Of a stretch of DNA of 64,000 nt, positions 38,564-50,822 are shown in pieces. Within the stretch, counting starts at the first letter, position 1; every line of letters begins with the position of its first letter. The stretch is from assembly GCA_012295275.1 (NCBI GenBank), contig CM022670.1:42336081-42400080 (forward strand), read 5' to 3'. The notes beneath the pieces were generated by a model. The model saw only the letters and a program-made list of their open reading frames with translations, did no database searches and was not told the origin of the DNA. A program made the translations under genes and the position numbers. Source of the stretch: Chrysomallon squamiferum. Lineage: Eukaryota; Animalia; Mollusca.

Positions 38564-39014
38564 CATTAGTATATGATATCACAGACAGTTGTGCTATAAA
38601 TAATGTAACAGTTGGTATCACTTACAGTGTGTTATGATAGTGCTGTTTTTAAACAGATGAATATAACATGCATTGTTGTTTGTCATAAACAATGATATCA
38701 GTTTTAGGCACATTATGTTATTCATTCTTATGGCTGTCGTGACATTCAGACAATGGTAGCATCTAAAAGAAAGTTACAGCAAATTAGTGAAATTAATAGG
38801 CATGGCTACATATAACAAAGTGACTTTCAAATGCTACTGTTACATGAAATATTTTTAGTATAATTATTTTTAAATTACTATATTTGTACTTGTAATATTT
38901 GTACTTTAGATCTAATCTGAATTATATAAACCAAAAACTTGCTTATTATCAGTAAGAACTTGCTTGACTATTACAAATATGAAATAAATAATTAATAAAA
39001 ACTATTAAATAAGA

Positions 39015-39185
39015 ATGATTAATGTTGGCAGCACATAATTAAATAATTAAATTTTGATGATTAAAAATGATCAGTACTTTATAAATGTTTGTTTGGCAGG
39101 TTTTCTCAACATTGAGAATGGATGTTTTTAACTTGGGGGTCAAAGCTGGATGCAGATTTCTGGAGGGCAGCATCACACAGTGTTT
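39015..39185 (+). pseudogene. Degenerate duplicate of RCC1 exon 35866-35982 with its upstream intron
   Basis: GTTTGGCAG|GTTTT...GGATGTTTTTAA...GGTCAAAGCTGGA...CAGATTTCTGGAGG...CAGCATCACACAGTGTT matches 35782-35968 with indels. Confidence 0.85.
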
Positions 39186-39279
39186 TTGTTTTATGTATTA
39201 TCTAATTATTAAAGAAACATTGTGTGTTCATTAATGACTTTTTAAATTATTTCTCAATTGTTGTATACAAACTGGAATA

Positions 39280-39580
39280 GATGCTGTTTGAACTTGATAT
39301 TGCTGTCTAGAACCTGGTAAAGAGTTGATGTCAACTGATATCCTAGTCTGACCAGGTCTAAATAAAGTCAGTGTAACAGCCAAGTATATCATAATGGCTA
39401 TACTTTTCTCTCAATCCATAATTAGTAGTTATTAATCATCATAGAGTTTCATTGGCAGCAAGTGGATTTTCCATAAAAGGAATATAGTCCAAAACAGATC
39501 CGTCCCTGGCACTGGATGAGATAGGGAAATGCCCAATAGACCTGCCAAAAAGGTTTGATCCTATACAGTGGAGTGTAACA
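39280..39580 (-). mobile_element. Possible degenerate tRNA-derived SINE
   Basis: Minus strand reads GGATCAAACC (B-box-like)...CTATTGGGCATTTCCC...CCAGTGCC...AAATCCACTTGCTGCCAATGAAA, which resembles mollusc SINE cores recalled from memory; not verified. Confidence 0.35.
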
Positions 39581-39719
39581 GCAATTAAACAAATTGTTCA
39601 GTGCTTTGAATAGAAGATTTCTTTTTTATTGACGAATATTTTGAAAATAACTTACATTTGGTTTAAACACTGCACCTCTTATCACAAATCTGTTGATGCT
39701 AACTGGAAAAAATAGCTCA

Positions 39720-40205
39720 CACATACTATCTATAACTGTCACATATAACAGTTACATGTAAACACTGCTATCTATAAGTTACATGTAGCACTGCTATCCA
39801 TAAGTTACATGTAAACAGTACTATCAGTAATACATGTAAATACTGCTATACATAACAGTTACATGTAAACTACTATCAGTAATACATGCTAAACACTACT
39901 ATCAGTAATACATGTAAACAGTGCTATCTATAACAGTTACATGTAAGCACTACTATCAGTAATACATGTAAACACTATCTGTAAGTTACATGTAAATAGT
40001 GCTATCTAACAGTTACATGTAAACACTACTATCTGTAACAGTTACATGTAAACACTACTATCTGTAAGTTACATGTAAACACTGCTATCTATAACAGTTA
40101 CATGTAAACACTGCTATCTATAACAGTTACATGTAACACTACTATCTATAACACATGTAAACACTACTATCAGTAATACATGTAAACACTGCTATCGGCA
40201 ACTGT
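39720..40205. repeat. Minisatellite, ~25-29-bp unit (CTATCTATAACAGTTACATGTAAACACTG)
   Basis: About 18 tandem copies. Confidence 0.92.
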
Positions 40206-40963
40206 CATATTTATGCTGCTGTATATCACATTGACAAAGCTACTGGTAATTGAGAAAACTTTGCAATAAATGATTAAGTGTACATTTCTGAAACTCCACT
40301 GTCTGATGAAGGCAATGTTGTGGTTGATGAGTATTTGTTTACAGGAACAAGACAGGGATATGTTACAGTTCAGTCCCTTACTTACTGATGGGGTGAAATA
40401 AAATTTAAAAAAAAGTAAAACTGATTCATTTCCTTGCTGTGTAAGTTAATATATATGTATGTATATTATTCATTTATAGCATAATTTGTTAGTCAAGCTT
40501 ATTGTACTTGATTACATTTAATGTAAAAACAAGAATCAAATAATATTTAAAATCAGTGCTAAAAAAGTAAGACTAGAGTGTTTCATTGTATAGTAGTGTA
40601 CTAAGTTAGATACTAGGCTGATGGTGTCAATAAAGTATTTTGCTGTTCCATGAATAAACAGCTGACACAGCTTATATTACATACTGCATCTTAGTCATTA
40701 TAATTAAATACTGTAGCTTAATCACTGTAATTACATGCTGCAAATTTTGTCATTGTCATTAGAAACTACAGCTAAGTTACTGTCATTACATACTGTAGCT
40801 TAGTCATGTTTATTACATATCAGCACTTGTAATCACAATGCCGATCAGTCTGTAACTGCAATATGACAGCCCTGCATAATTAATTTACAAATTGAAATTT
40901 TTACTGAATGTGTAGAAATAAAAAAACAAACAAAAAACACATTGTAGAATAACAATTCTGTAA

Positions 40964-41971
40964 TCACTGACACTTGGAATACTGCATTACATCATTAATG
41001 TTTTTTTGCACCTGACCCAATAAGGACACTAAAATAGATGCATGTATAAAGACAAGTACAGCATAGGCTGTGAGCATATTGTACAGATCTGGTGATGTAT
41101 GACGGGCAGCACCATTTTGTATGTCTATACGCATACCTTCTAATTCCATAAGTGTTGTAACCATGGTGAACACATGGAAGATTTGGTGTCCATGTCCAAA
41201 TATGTCAAACTGTCCATGCCATAACTTCTCTGGCACATGTGCTGAGAACATAACAGCACACAGAGCAAGAAGGATGAACACAACGCTCACGTGATTGAGT
41301 GAATGAAAACTGCAGCTGTCATCATAGAAACAGTCTACATATCTTCCTAACACAGGTACTGATCCTAAAAATGCATGAAAACCTAAAGCCCCTACCATCA
41401 GCAGTTGTCGTCCCTGCTGGTGGGGACTGGTGAGGTGGAGTTTGGCAAGACAGCACACAAGGAATGCAAATGAACTTAAGGCGACGTTGATAGGTAGTAT
41501 GTATGGTTCGATGAGTCTGTAGACAGCTGGGTGTGATGATACATACACACAGCCTAGCACAGTGGCAAAGCTGTTGTAGGTGACACCAGCATAGTCAATG
41601 AGAAACCAGACATAGTGCCACCATGGTGATTTGCTGTGCAGCAGATGAGCAGAGGCACTGAGCAAATTGTTGAGCAGACAACCAAGACAGAATCCTACCA
41701 GAGTTTGAGTGTCTTTGTCAGTTCTCCAGTCAAACACAGCCAACAGTCGACAGAGCTGCAGGAGAATGATGAGGAATGCGAACACGTGTGTCCACACGTT
41801 GAGTGTCTCATTGTGCAGGTGACACGCACTCAGCAGGTAGTAGCTCCAAGGCTTGTTGATTGGTCGGTAGCCACGGATGATGTATGGTTCTCTGAACATG
41901 GCTGGCACATGATTCACATGCAGAGTTGGCTGACTGGAAACATTCAGCAGTCTTTTCCAACACTGTCCCAT
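40964..41971 (-). CDS. PAQR-family membrane progestin receptor (mPR-like), intronless CDS, 335 aa
   Basis: Motifs FREPYIIRGYR, NETLNVWTH, SASAH, DYAG, PEKLWHGQFDIFGHGHQIFH; multiple hydrophobic segments; probable 5'UTR intron 41982-42665. Confidence 0.93.
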   Translation of the reverse strand: MGQCWKRLLNVSSQPTLHVNHVPAMFREPYIIRGYRPINKPWSYYLLSACHLHNETLNVWTHVFAFLIILLQLCRLLAVFDWRTDKDTQTLVGFCLGCLLNNLLSASAHLLHSKSPWWHYVWFLIDYAGVTYNSFATVLGCVYVSSHPAVYRLIEPYILPINVALSSFAFLVCCLAKLHLTSPHQQGRQLLMVGALGFHAFLGSVPVLGRYVDCFYDDSCSFHSLNHVSVVFILLALCAVMFSAHVPEKLWHGQFDIFGHGHQIFHVFTMVTTLMELEGMRIDIQNGAARHTSPDLYNMLTAYAVLVFIHASILVSLLGQVQKNINDVMQYSKCQ

Positions 41972-42999
41972 TGTTCAGCTTCTGTAAAACAAAAAGAAAT
42001 AAGCTGTCATCTAAAATCTATCATTTGTTATCAAGGTGAAAAAAAAAAAATATATATATATATTTTATTATCATTATTATTATATATATAATAATCATAA
42101 TAAAGTAGATAATTATTTTAACAACATTACTTATATTTTTCTATTAAAAAACCCATACTGAGAGAAATAGCTTTAGCTGTATTATTACACAGTGAAATAA
42201 ATATACTATGTTGTATTGTTAACTAGAATGCTTACAGAGAAAGGTTATATAATTAGTACAAATTTGTGTTTGCAGTGAATCATTGTATAATTAGTACAAA
42301 ATGGTAGTTACAATTAATGGTTTATACTAGTGGTATAAAATGCTGATTGCTGTGTAAACTGGAAAAAAAATGACATGTTAGCCTCGCTAATTTATATTAG
42401 TCTTCTTGTTTTCGTAATTGTGGCAGTGGATATATTTACGACATATATTAATAAAAATATTTTAAAATGTAAAAAAAGATCACAAATACATATTTCTCTG
42501 TGCAGTTATTTGGTGTGAAGCTAAACACAAATAAATGTAACATTGAAAGCTGCATGTGGACGGTTTATTGCGGTCCGTAAACTGTCATAACAACTGAAAT
42601 AAATAACCAAGACAACAGATTGTAGACATAAAACCCGCCCTTGAAGAATGCAATGATTTACTCACGTTTATTGAACGTTAAAACTGAAAAATTCAGCGCA
42701 GTGGTCTTTTTAAATGGAATGTGTCGACAGTTTACGCCTGCTCCGTGTTGATGTTATGCAGTCCGTCTGTTTCTTTCATGATAAACCCTGCGACACAGCG
42801 CGTTAATACAGCGCTTTACCACTAGCTGCAAACAGCGTGACCCGCTTTCCGTGTAAAACAGCAGTAACTCGTATTCGTTAACAATATTGCATGCATCGTA
42901 GTGTATTGTACGATACCATCTTTTAAGTAGACATTTACACTAACACTCAAATTTAACGAAGACGGAAACAGAATTTTCATTAAGTAGAAAACTACTTTT

Positions 43000-44690
43000 A
43001 TCAAGTAGAATAATGTAAACTAATAAGTAAGATACTGCACGTTCAATAAATGAAATAATAGAGCTTTTTTAGCAGACTTCCATAAAATATAATACTGTAC
43101 TTTTATCAAGTAAATACTATCATGTCGTTAAGTGAAATGCTAAGTAGAATATAGCACTTTTGTTGAGTAAAATAGTGAACTTCGATCAAGTAGAATACTG
43201 AACTTTTCTGTCAAGTAGAATATCGCACTTCTGTTAAGTAGCAGAATGAAATGACAAGCAGAACATCGAACTGTCATGTAGAATACTGAATTTGTGTCAA
43301 ATAGAATACTGAACTTCTGTCAAGTAGAACACAGAACTTCTGTCAAGTAGAACACAGAACTGTCAAGTAGAACACTGAACTTCTGTCAAGTAGAACACTG
43401 AACTTCTGTCAAGTAGAATACTGAACTTCTGTCAAGTAGAACACAGAACTTCTGTCAAATAGAATACTGAACTTGTGTCAAGTAGAACACTGAACTTGTG
43501 TCAAGTAGAACACTGAACTTGTGTCAAGTAGAATACTGAACTTCCGTCAAGTAGAACACAGAACTTCTGTCAAATAGAATACTGAACTTGTGTCAAATAG
43601 AATACTGAACTTGTGTCAAATAGAATACTGAACTTGTGTCAAATAGAATACTGAACTTGTGTCAAGTAGAACACTGAACTTGTGTCAGGTAGAACATAAC
43701 TTGTGTCAAGTAGAACACTGAACGTCTGTCAAGTAGAACACTGAACTTGTGTCAAGTAGAACACTGAACTTGTGTCAAGCAGAACACTGAATTTGTGTCA
43801 GGTAGAACATAACTTGTGTCAAGTAGAACACTGAACTTGTGTCAAATCGAACACTGAACTTGTGTCAAGCAGAATACTGAACTTCTGTCAAGTAGAATAC
43901 TGAACTTGTGTCAAGTAGAACACAACTTCTGTCAAGTAGAACACAACTTCTGTCAAGTAGAACACTGAACTTGTGTCAAGTAGAACACAAATTCTGTCAA
44001 GTAGAACATTGAACTTATGTCAAGTAGAATACTGAACTTGTGTCAAGTAGAACACTGAACGTCTGTCAAGTAGAACACTGAACTTGTGTCAAGTAGAACA
44101 CTGAACTTCTGTCAAGTAGAACACTGAACTTGTGTCAAGTAGAACACAAATTCTGTCAAGTAGAACACTGAACTTGTGTCAAGTAGAACACTGAACTTCT
44201 GTCAAGTAGAACACTGAACTTGTGTCAAGTAGAACACTGAACGTCTGTCAAGTAGAACACTGAACGTCTGTCAAGCAGAACACTGAACTTGTGTCAAGTA
44301 GAACACTGAACTTGTGTCAAGTAGAACACTGAACTTGTGTCAAGTAGAACACTGAACTTCTGTCAAGTAGAACACTGAACGTCTGTCAAGTAGGACACTG
44401 AACGTCTGTCAAGTAAAACTGAGAACGTCTGTCAAGTAGAATACTGAACTTGTGTCAAGTAGAACACTGAACTTGTGTCAAGTAGAATACTGAACTTCTG
44501 TCAAGTAGAACACTGAACTTGTGTCAAGTAGAATACTGAACTTCTGTCAAGTAGAACACTGAACTTGTGTCATTTAGAATATTGCACTTTTGTTAAGAAG
44601 AACTGAATTTCAAGTAGAATACTCACCTTCTATCTAGTAGAATACTTAATTTCTATTAAGTAGAACACTGAACTTATATTAAGTTGAACA
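43000..44690. repeat. Minisatellite, 23-bp unit (TCAAGTAGAACACTGAACTTGTG)
   Basis: About 60-70 copies with degenerate edges between the two divergent PAQR genes. Confidence 0.97.
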
Positions 44691-45441
44691 CTTTGACTGT
44701 ACTAGATTACTAGTGAATATGCAGTGCTTTTGGGGGGATTTACGATAATCTTGTATTATATGAGATTAACTTAAGCTGTAGTCAATCAATGACAGGTCAC
44801 TGACAGCATGTAGGTCAGTCTCGCCAAGTAACGGATACACACGAGTGCATGCGAAGAGGTCGGGTAATTCCCAACCCAACTAAACAGAAATTGTGTGGTT
44901 GAACGTAAGAAAATAAACAGGTAAATTTCAGGCATAATATTTCTATTTAAAAGCGAACTAACAGATTTTTCACCGCATTACTTGTTTATTAACCGGTTTT
45001 CATCACCTACATCATTTTATCTCAGCAAATTAAATAGGATGATCGGATTATCCTGATCTCAATGACAACGTGTGCTAAGTGACCGTGTGAAACGTGACTC
45101 AACAGTAAGATATAAACCGAATCACTAGACTTGCTGCATGTCATTGTATATATTGAAATTACTCTTTAGAATTTTACTGAAATTAAATCATTTCCCACAC
45201 TTACCAAAGGATAATTATTCTTACTTAGTAAAACGAAATTGATTTTAAAAAGAAAAAAAAAAAAAAAGAAAAGAAAAAGGAACAAAAATGAGAAAAAAAG
45301 ATAATTATTTCAATCTAAAACTGAAGCTGGTTGAGTTGATTTGTGAGATCAGAGAGTATGTATGCGAAACACTAGCTAATATTATCGAGCGCAATATTAA
45401 TAATAAAAAAAAAAAACTTATTTTCTTTATTATTATTATTA

Positions 45442-45488
<47 letters not shown>

Positions 45489-45663
45489 TTTATTTATAAT
45501 TGTTTTATTATTATTATTATGTTGTTGTTGTTTATCACAGATTTAGGTAAACGCCTGCCAAGCTTATACATTATTTTCTTTGCTACAATAAACTCTCGCC
45601 CTAAGTTTTAATAATGATATTTGTTTTATAATAAGTGTCACAATTTTCTCTTTCAGAGTGAAA

Positions 45664-46695
45664 ATGATGCAATCTCAGTTATTTTCTTTTGTTGGACGTG
45701 TTCCGCGAATATTTCAAATGCAGAAAACATGCAGTGCCGAGCAGGTTCCGATCGCGTTCAGAGAGCCTGGTATTACCAGAGGCTACAGATTGCCCAGTCG
45801 CTGTGTGTGGTACTACATAGCCAGCGTGCTTCAGATGAACAACGAGACAGTTAACGTGTGGACTCATATTGTCGGTTTCTTCCTCGTCCTGGCCAGACTT
45901 TTGAATTACTTAGACGAATTTTCTATTTCTGATCAACGAATATGGCCTCTTTTAGGTTTCGGCTTGTGCTGTCTGTTATATACAAGTTTCAGCGTCTGCG
46001 CACACGTTTTACATTCGAAATCTCCAGTTTTCCATTACACGTGTTATCAGTTTGATTATGCCGGGATAGGACTCTACCTTTTTGGTGGAGCGTTACCAGT
46101 TTTTTGTCACGGAGCTGACCCCAGCACGAGGCAGTATTTTCAGAGAGTGTTTCTTCCTGCCAATATGCTATTGAGCTGGTTTTGTTTTGTCTGCTGCTGT
46201 TTCTCCAGACTGCTGTTCAGACGCCCATATCCACTTCGCAGTAAACTACTGCAAGTGATCCCGTTTGGAATTCACGGCAGCCTTACGGTTTCCCTGTTAG
46301 CGCCCCGCATGCTTCGTTGTTACCAAGACAACTGTGATGACCGAGCGCTGGAAATTTACAAGAATATTTTTATGCTGGTCATATTGTCAGGGATCACCTT
46401 CTCTTCTCATTTTCCTGAAAAGGTGTGGCCAGGTGTTTTTGACATCGTAGGTCAAGGACATCATATCTTTCACATCATCAGCACCATCCTAACTCTCAGG
46501 CAGTTTGATGCCGCGTACGAAGACGCTGTTCAGCAAAGCCAGAACGACAATGTTGCAGTCGTCATTGGAGATTTGTCGAGTATTCTCGGCATGGTTTTCT
46601 CACTGTGCGTCTGCTGTGTAATTACTATTTTACTCCTGAGACGATTTGTGAAGAGCAGAACAGAGGCTGACAAATCTGTAGATAAACAAACGTAA
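45664..46695 (+). CDS. PAQR-family membrane progestin receptor (mPR-like), intronless CDS, ~343 aa
   Basis: Motifs FREPGITRGYR, NETVNVWTH, SVCAH, DYAG, PEKVWPGVFDIVGQGHHIFH; acceptor TTTCAG at 45656 precedes ATG 45664. Confidence 0.93.
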   Translation: MMQSQLFSFVGRVPRIFQMQKTCSAEQVPIAFREPGITRGYRLPSRCVWYYIASVLQMNNETVNVWTHIVGFFLVLARLLNYLDEFSISDQRIWPLLGFGLCCLLYTSFSVCAHVLHSKSPVFHYTCYQFDYAGIGLYLFGGALPVFCHGADPSTRQYFQRVFLPANMLLSWFCFVCCCFSRLLFRRPYPLRSKLLQVIPFGIHGSLTVSLLAPRMLRCYQDNCDDRALEIYKNIFMLVILSGITFSSHFPEKVWPGVFDIVGQGHHIFHIISTILTLRQFDAAYEDAVQQSQNDNVAVVIGDLSSILGMVFSLCVCCVITILLLRRFVKSRTEADKSVDKQT

Positions 46696-46954
46696 TATTT
46701 ACTTACACGTGTGTCTTATAAATCACAGTTAGGAATTTAATATATTTTATTTTTTTATGAATGTAATAATTACTTAATATATCATATTTTTTTATTAATG
46801 TAATAATTATTTAATATATGAATTTATAAATCAATAATAGCTATTTAATACATGTATATATTTTGTACATCTGTTTTACAAATATGTGAATGTCAGACAT
46901 TTAATATATATAAAGGTATCTCAAATAGTTATTCTGTGTTACTGTACATTATAA

Positions 46955-47062
46955 CACCACTACTAGCATTACTACGTCTGTTTGTACTACAACTATTACT
47001 ACTTTATCTACTACTACTATTACTAGTTCTTCTTCTATTAGTACAAGCTGAAATCATCATCT

Positions 47063-47115
<53 letters not shown>

Positions 47116-47565
47116 GTTATTATTTTAACAGTCATTTTTATGGTTATGTTATTCTTTTCAGAGCATTTACAAATGTCACTGTACAAAATAAAAGTTACTT
47201 CCATTGAAAAGTTTTATAAAATTTGAAATATTATTTTTTCTTTTCCTAATATTTACACAGATAAGAGTAATGAGACACTGACAGCTAATCTGCACAATAC
47301 TTAAAATTAACATGGCAACAGTTTATACACAGCACGGCAGTGACATTGTTAATATTATCATTACTGTTATTATTGTTATTATCATTATCGTTATGGTTAT
47401 TATTATCATTACTATTATTATTGTTATTATCATTATCGTTATGGTTATTATTATCATTACTATTACTATTGTTATCATTTTCATTGTCGTTATTGTTATT
47501 ATAATTATTATCCTTATCATAATTATCATCATCATTATTATTCTTATTCTTATTCTTATTATTAT
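46955..47565. repeat. (ATT/ACT/ATC)n low-complexity trinucleotide tracts
   Basis: Direct observation. Confidence 0.9.
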
Positions 47566-47807
47566 TACAAATAATAAAGTGTGTTATTTCAGAGGTAATC
47601 GATTGCTTTTCAAAAGATCGATTTTGTTCTTGTGTCACACGAGCAGGTCTTAGACATAAGCGGATATTCCAGTCTACGTGTTAGCAAAGTGTGTTAGTAT
47701 CAAACACAAAATTTGTGTTACTCACGTAAAATTAGAATACGGTAATTGACCTAAAGTATGTGGAAAATCTAATAGAAATATTCTAAATGTTTTATTCAGA
47801 AATATAC

Positions 47808-47851
<44 letters not shown>

Positions 47852-48052
47852 CAACATAATAAATATAAAATTGTCATTTTTCTTATTGTTATACAAACAC
47901 ACACAAACAAAATTTACTCTTTTCTCATTACAGTACTGAAACACATAAATTCTGAATGTTTCACATTAACAAACACATATAAACCTGATTCTGTACTCAT
48001 CAACGTGCTAACACATAAACGGATTCCTTTCTCACTAACATACTGACAGGAA

Positions 48053-48192
<140 letters not shown>

Positions 48193-48802
48193 CTATAACA
48201 TTAACCTGATTCATAGATTATTTCTGTCATCCGTCAGCCCTGTCCCACAAAAGTTTTCTTAATGACAGCGATATTTGCTCAATAATCTTTGTGTGTCGAC
48301 TGAAAAAAGCTCTCAGTTCTGAAATCATTTCACTGTGACAAATTACCAAACGAGTCTGCGCAAGTCGGGAAGACGTCACTAAGTTGACAACAGCCATTTG
48401 GTTTAGCCGCAACTGAAGTGAAAGGCGATCAAGGAACAAACGATCGATACGACTGTTTCTTGCTTTGTCACTTGGCTCTCACAGTTGTCAACACAAACAA
48501 AACTAACCGAAGTTTTCAACTCGACGTGAGTTCGTTCTGTTTGTTATCTCAACCACGTATTTAGTTCGAACATTCCTCACTGGGTCAACCCGCTTGTGTG
48601 AGCGATTTCACTTTTACTGGCTTTACATTTTCTTTAATTATAAAGACAGTGTGGCTGGATGTCTACGTGAAGCCAAGTTTATCAGTTATAAAACCGGAGA
48701 TTTAAGCTGAAAATAACAACCTCTGTTTAGAAAAGTGTTCTTGAAAGACGTTTCAAAGTTCTGGAAAGAAAAGTTCTTTTGAGAAGAGACACAAACAACT
48801 GA

Positions 48803-49040
48803 TTAGAAAAGTGTTGTCGTGAATAGCCATATCTAGATTTCTACTTAGAAAAGTGTTTTTGTGGAAAGATACATGTAGACTTCCAATTGGAAAAGTGTTT
48901 TTGTGGAAAGCTATATGTAGACTTCCAAGTGGAAAAGTGTTTTTGTGGAAAGATACATCTAGACTTCCAATTGGAAAAGTTTTTGTGGATAGCAGTATCT
49001 AGACTTCTGTTTAAAAAATGTGTTTTTGTGGATAGCAGTT
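48803..49040. repeat. Short tandem repeat, ~42-bp unit (GGAAAAGTGTTTTTGTGGAAAGATACATCTAGACTTCCAATT)
   Basis: 5-6 degenerate copies upstream of the ankyrin gene. Confidence 0.8.
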
Positions 49041-49206
49041 TTGAGAATTGTAAATGGAAATTTAAAAAAATAAAATTTGTGAATCAACGTGTAAAAATGC
49101 TTTATAAAAAAGTGTTCTGTATACTTAACTGTTACTTAAGAAAGCACTTTTGTTTTTAGAGGTGTAGAACCGCATTTGGGACAGACGTATAAACATTATA
49201 TTTAGA

Positions 49207-49262
<56 letters not shown>

Positions 49263-49439
49263 CAGCAGTTTGTTTCTGTTGTATGACTTACACAAAAGTA
49301 CTATTTAGAAAAAAACAGATATTTTAGACAGAAATGTACACAACGTTTATTTCGTGAAGTGCTGTAAATATACGTAATTTGTGTTCTGTGTTAACCTAAC
49401 ACAACTGTACTCTGAAACTGAAAACACTGTATTGTCAAT

Positions 49440-50822
49440 ATGAGGCCAGGATCAGTTCGTTCTATACTTAGAGGCCCTCCTATGACTCTTTGTGACGTCA
49501 TAAGGGGTGGTTACTTCACTCACGTGACAACACTCATTCAGATGGGTTTAAATGTCAATGGACGAGACCCAGAAGGGAAAACTCCCATCATGCTCTGCGC
49601 TTTGATCGAAGATGAGGACTGGGGAGTTGGAATTGCAAGAAGTTTGATAGAAAATGGAGCAAGACTAAATATGGTGGATAAATTTGGTTTAAGCGCCCTT
49701 CACCTAGCTGTGATATATGAACGTGTAAATCTGATAAAGGTTTTTCTCAAAGCAATTGATTTTGATCCCAACCTGGTGGATCGACTGGGAAATACCGCAC
49801 TACACTATGCTGCAGTTTCGGGTAACAAAGAAGTTACAGAATTATTGGTCCAGTATTGGAATAAATACGGTCTGAATGGATGTTTACGTAATAAAAGACG
49901 GAAAACAGCGCTGGAAGAGGCATACAGAGCACACAGTTACGACTGTGTTTCGGTTCTCATTAACCTAAATTCTACACATTACTGCGTCTGTTCCCCGGAA
50001 TGGGAAAAAATACCCCCGGTAACCACAACAGGAAGACGCCCCAGTACAGTGAGTTCTGTGAGCACAATGTTATCAACTCACATTTCTGATATATCAGTAT
50101 TCTCATCCCGCTCGCTAAAACAACATTCCAGTTGTAAAACGTTAGAGAGACCTCGCTCTTCCCCTCAGCCTAACGAGAGAGACTCACAAAGAGTTATTCA
50201 CTCCGCAGATCGCACTGATTTCCGTAACAAAAGGGAGTACATATTTAAACTGACCGCCATTCCCTACGATAAACAAGATCTGTGTGACAGTCCAGCCCAA
50301 AGCGCCAAGTCGCAGAGCTGCCGCTGTCTGCTAAGTGCGTCCTGTCCCCAGACTCTAACTTGGAGAACGGAACTAAAACGACTGCTGCACGAATACGAAT
50401 TCCAGTGCAGCCCTTCTTATCGCGATCCTGCGAGAACAGCAACAGACGAAACGGTCACGACAGAAGACGACGATGACGAAGAAAACAAGGACAAAAAGAA
50501 GTTGTGCAGACGAACAAGTCTGATGTCACGAACCAGTATTGTGAGTGAAACAAGAGAAAAACGCAAACTGAACGTAAACCAGAAACAGCGAAAGGTTTCC
50601 GTTCTTCCTGTTCATGCACGGAGTCCAGATTCGCTTGACATGTCGTGGAAAAAGAAAGAAATGGGTCTTCATAAAGACTTTTCTAAAGCTCAGATTCACT
50701 CGCAAGATCCAAATGACACAGTCTTCTCCCATGCCACCGAGGAGAAGCGCCATGAAGGCATTGCTGTTGGTAACGGAACTGAATCTAGCAGCAAGCGACA
50801 GATCAACCACTCGGACAACTGA
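49440..50822 (+). CDS. Single-exon ankyrin-repeat protein (N-terminal ANK repeats, disordered Ser/basic tail; ANKRD34/63-like architecture), 460 aa
   Basis: ANK motifs GKTPIMLCA, GLSALHLAV, GNTALHYAA, RKTALEEA in an uninterrupted 1.38-kb ORF. Confidence 0.9.
   Translation: MRPGSVRSILRGPPMTLCDVIRGGYFTHVTTLIQMGLNVNGRDPEGKTPIMLCALIEDEDWGVGIARSLIENGARLNMVDKFGLSALHLAVIYERVNLIKVFLKAIDFDPNLVDRLGNTALHYAAVSGNKEVTELLVQYWNKYGLNGCLRNKRRKTALEEAYRAHSYDCVSVLINLNSTHYCVCSPEWEKIPPVTTTGRRPSTVSSVSTMLSTHISDISVFSSRSLKQHSSCKTLERPRSSPQPNERDSQRVIHSADRTDFRNKREYIFKLTAIPYDKQDLCDSPAQSAKSQSCRCLLSASCPQTLTWRTELKRLLHEYEFQCSPSYRDPARTATDETVTTEDDDDEENKDKKKLCRRTSLMSRTSIVSETREKRKLNVNQKQRKVSVLPVHARSPDSLDMSWKKKEMGLHKDFSKAQIHSQDPNDTVFSHATEEKRHEGIAVGNGTESSSKRQINHSDN

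Noticed and set aside
41636-42091. 151-aa ORF antisense to the PAQR gene (also antisense ORFs in the TIR and ankyrin genes)
   Set aside because: Shadow ORFs of real coding sequence with no recognisable motifs.
43000-44690. CRISPR-like appearance of the short-unit arrays (also 7034-7960 and 20371-21205)
   Set aside because: Units are contiguous with no unique spacers, there are no cas genes, and the context is eukaryotic.
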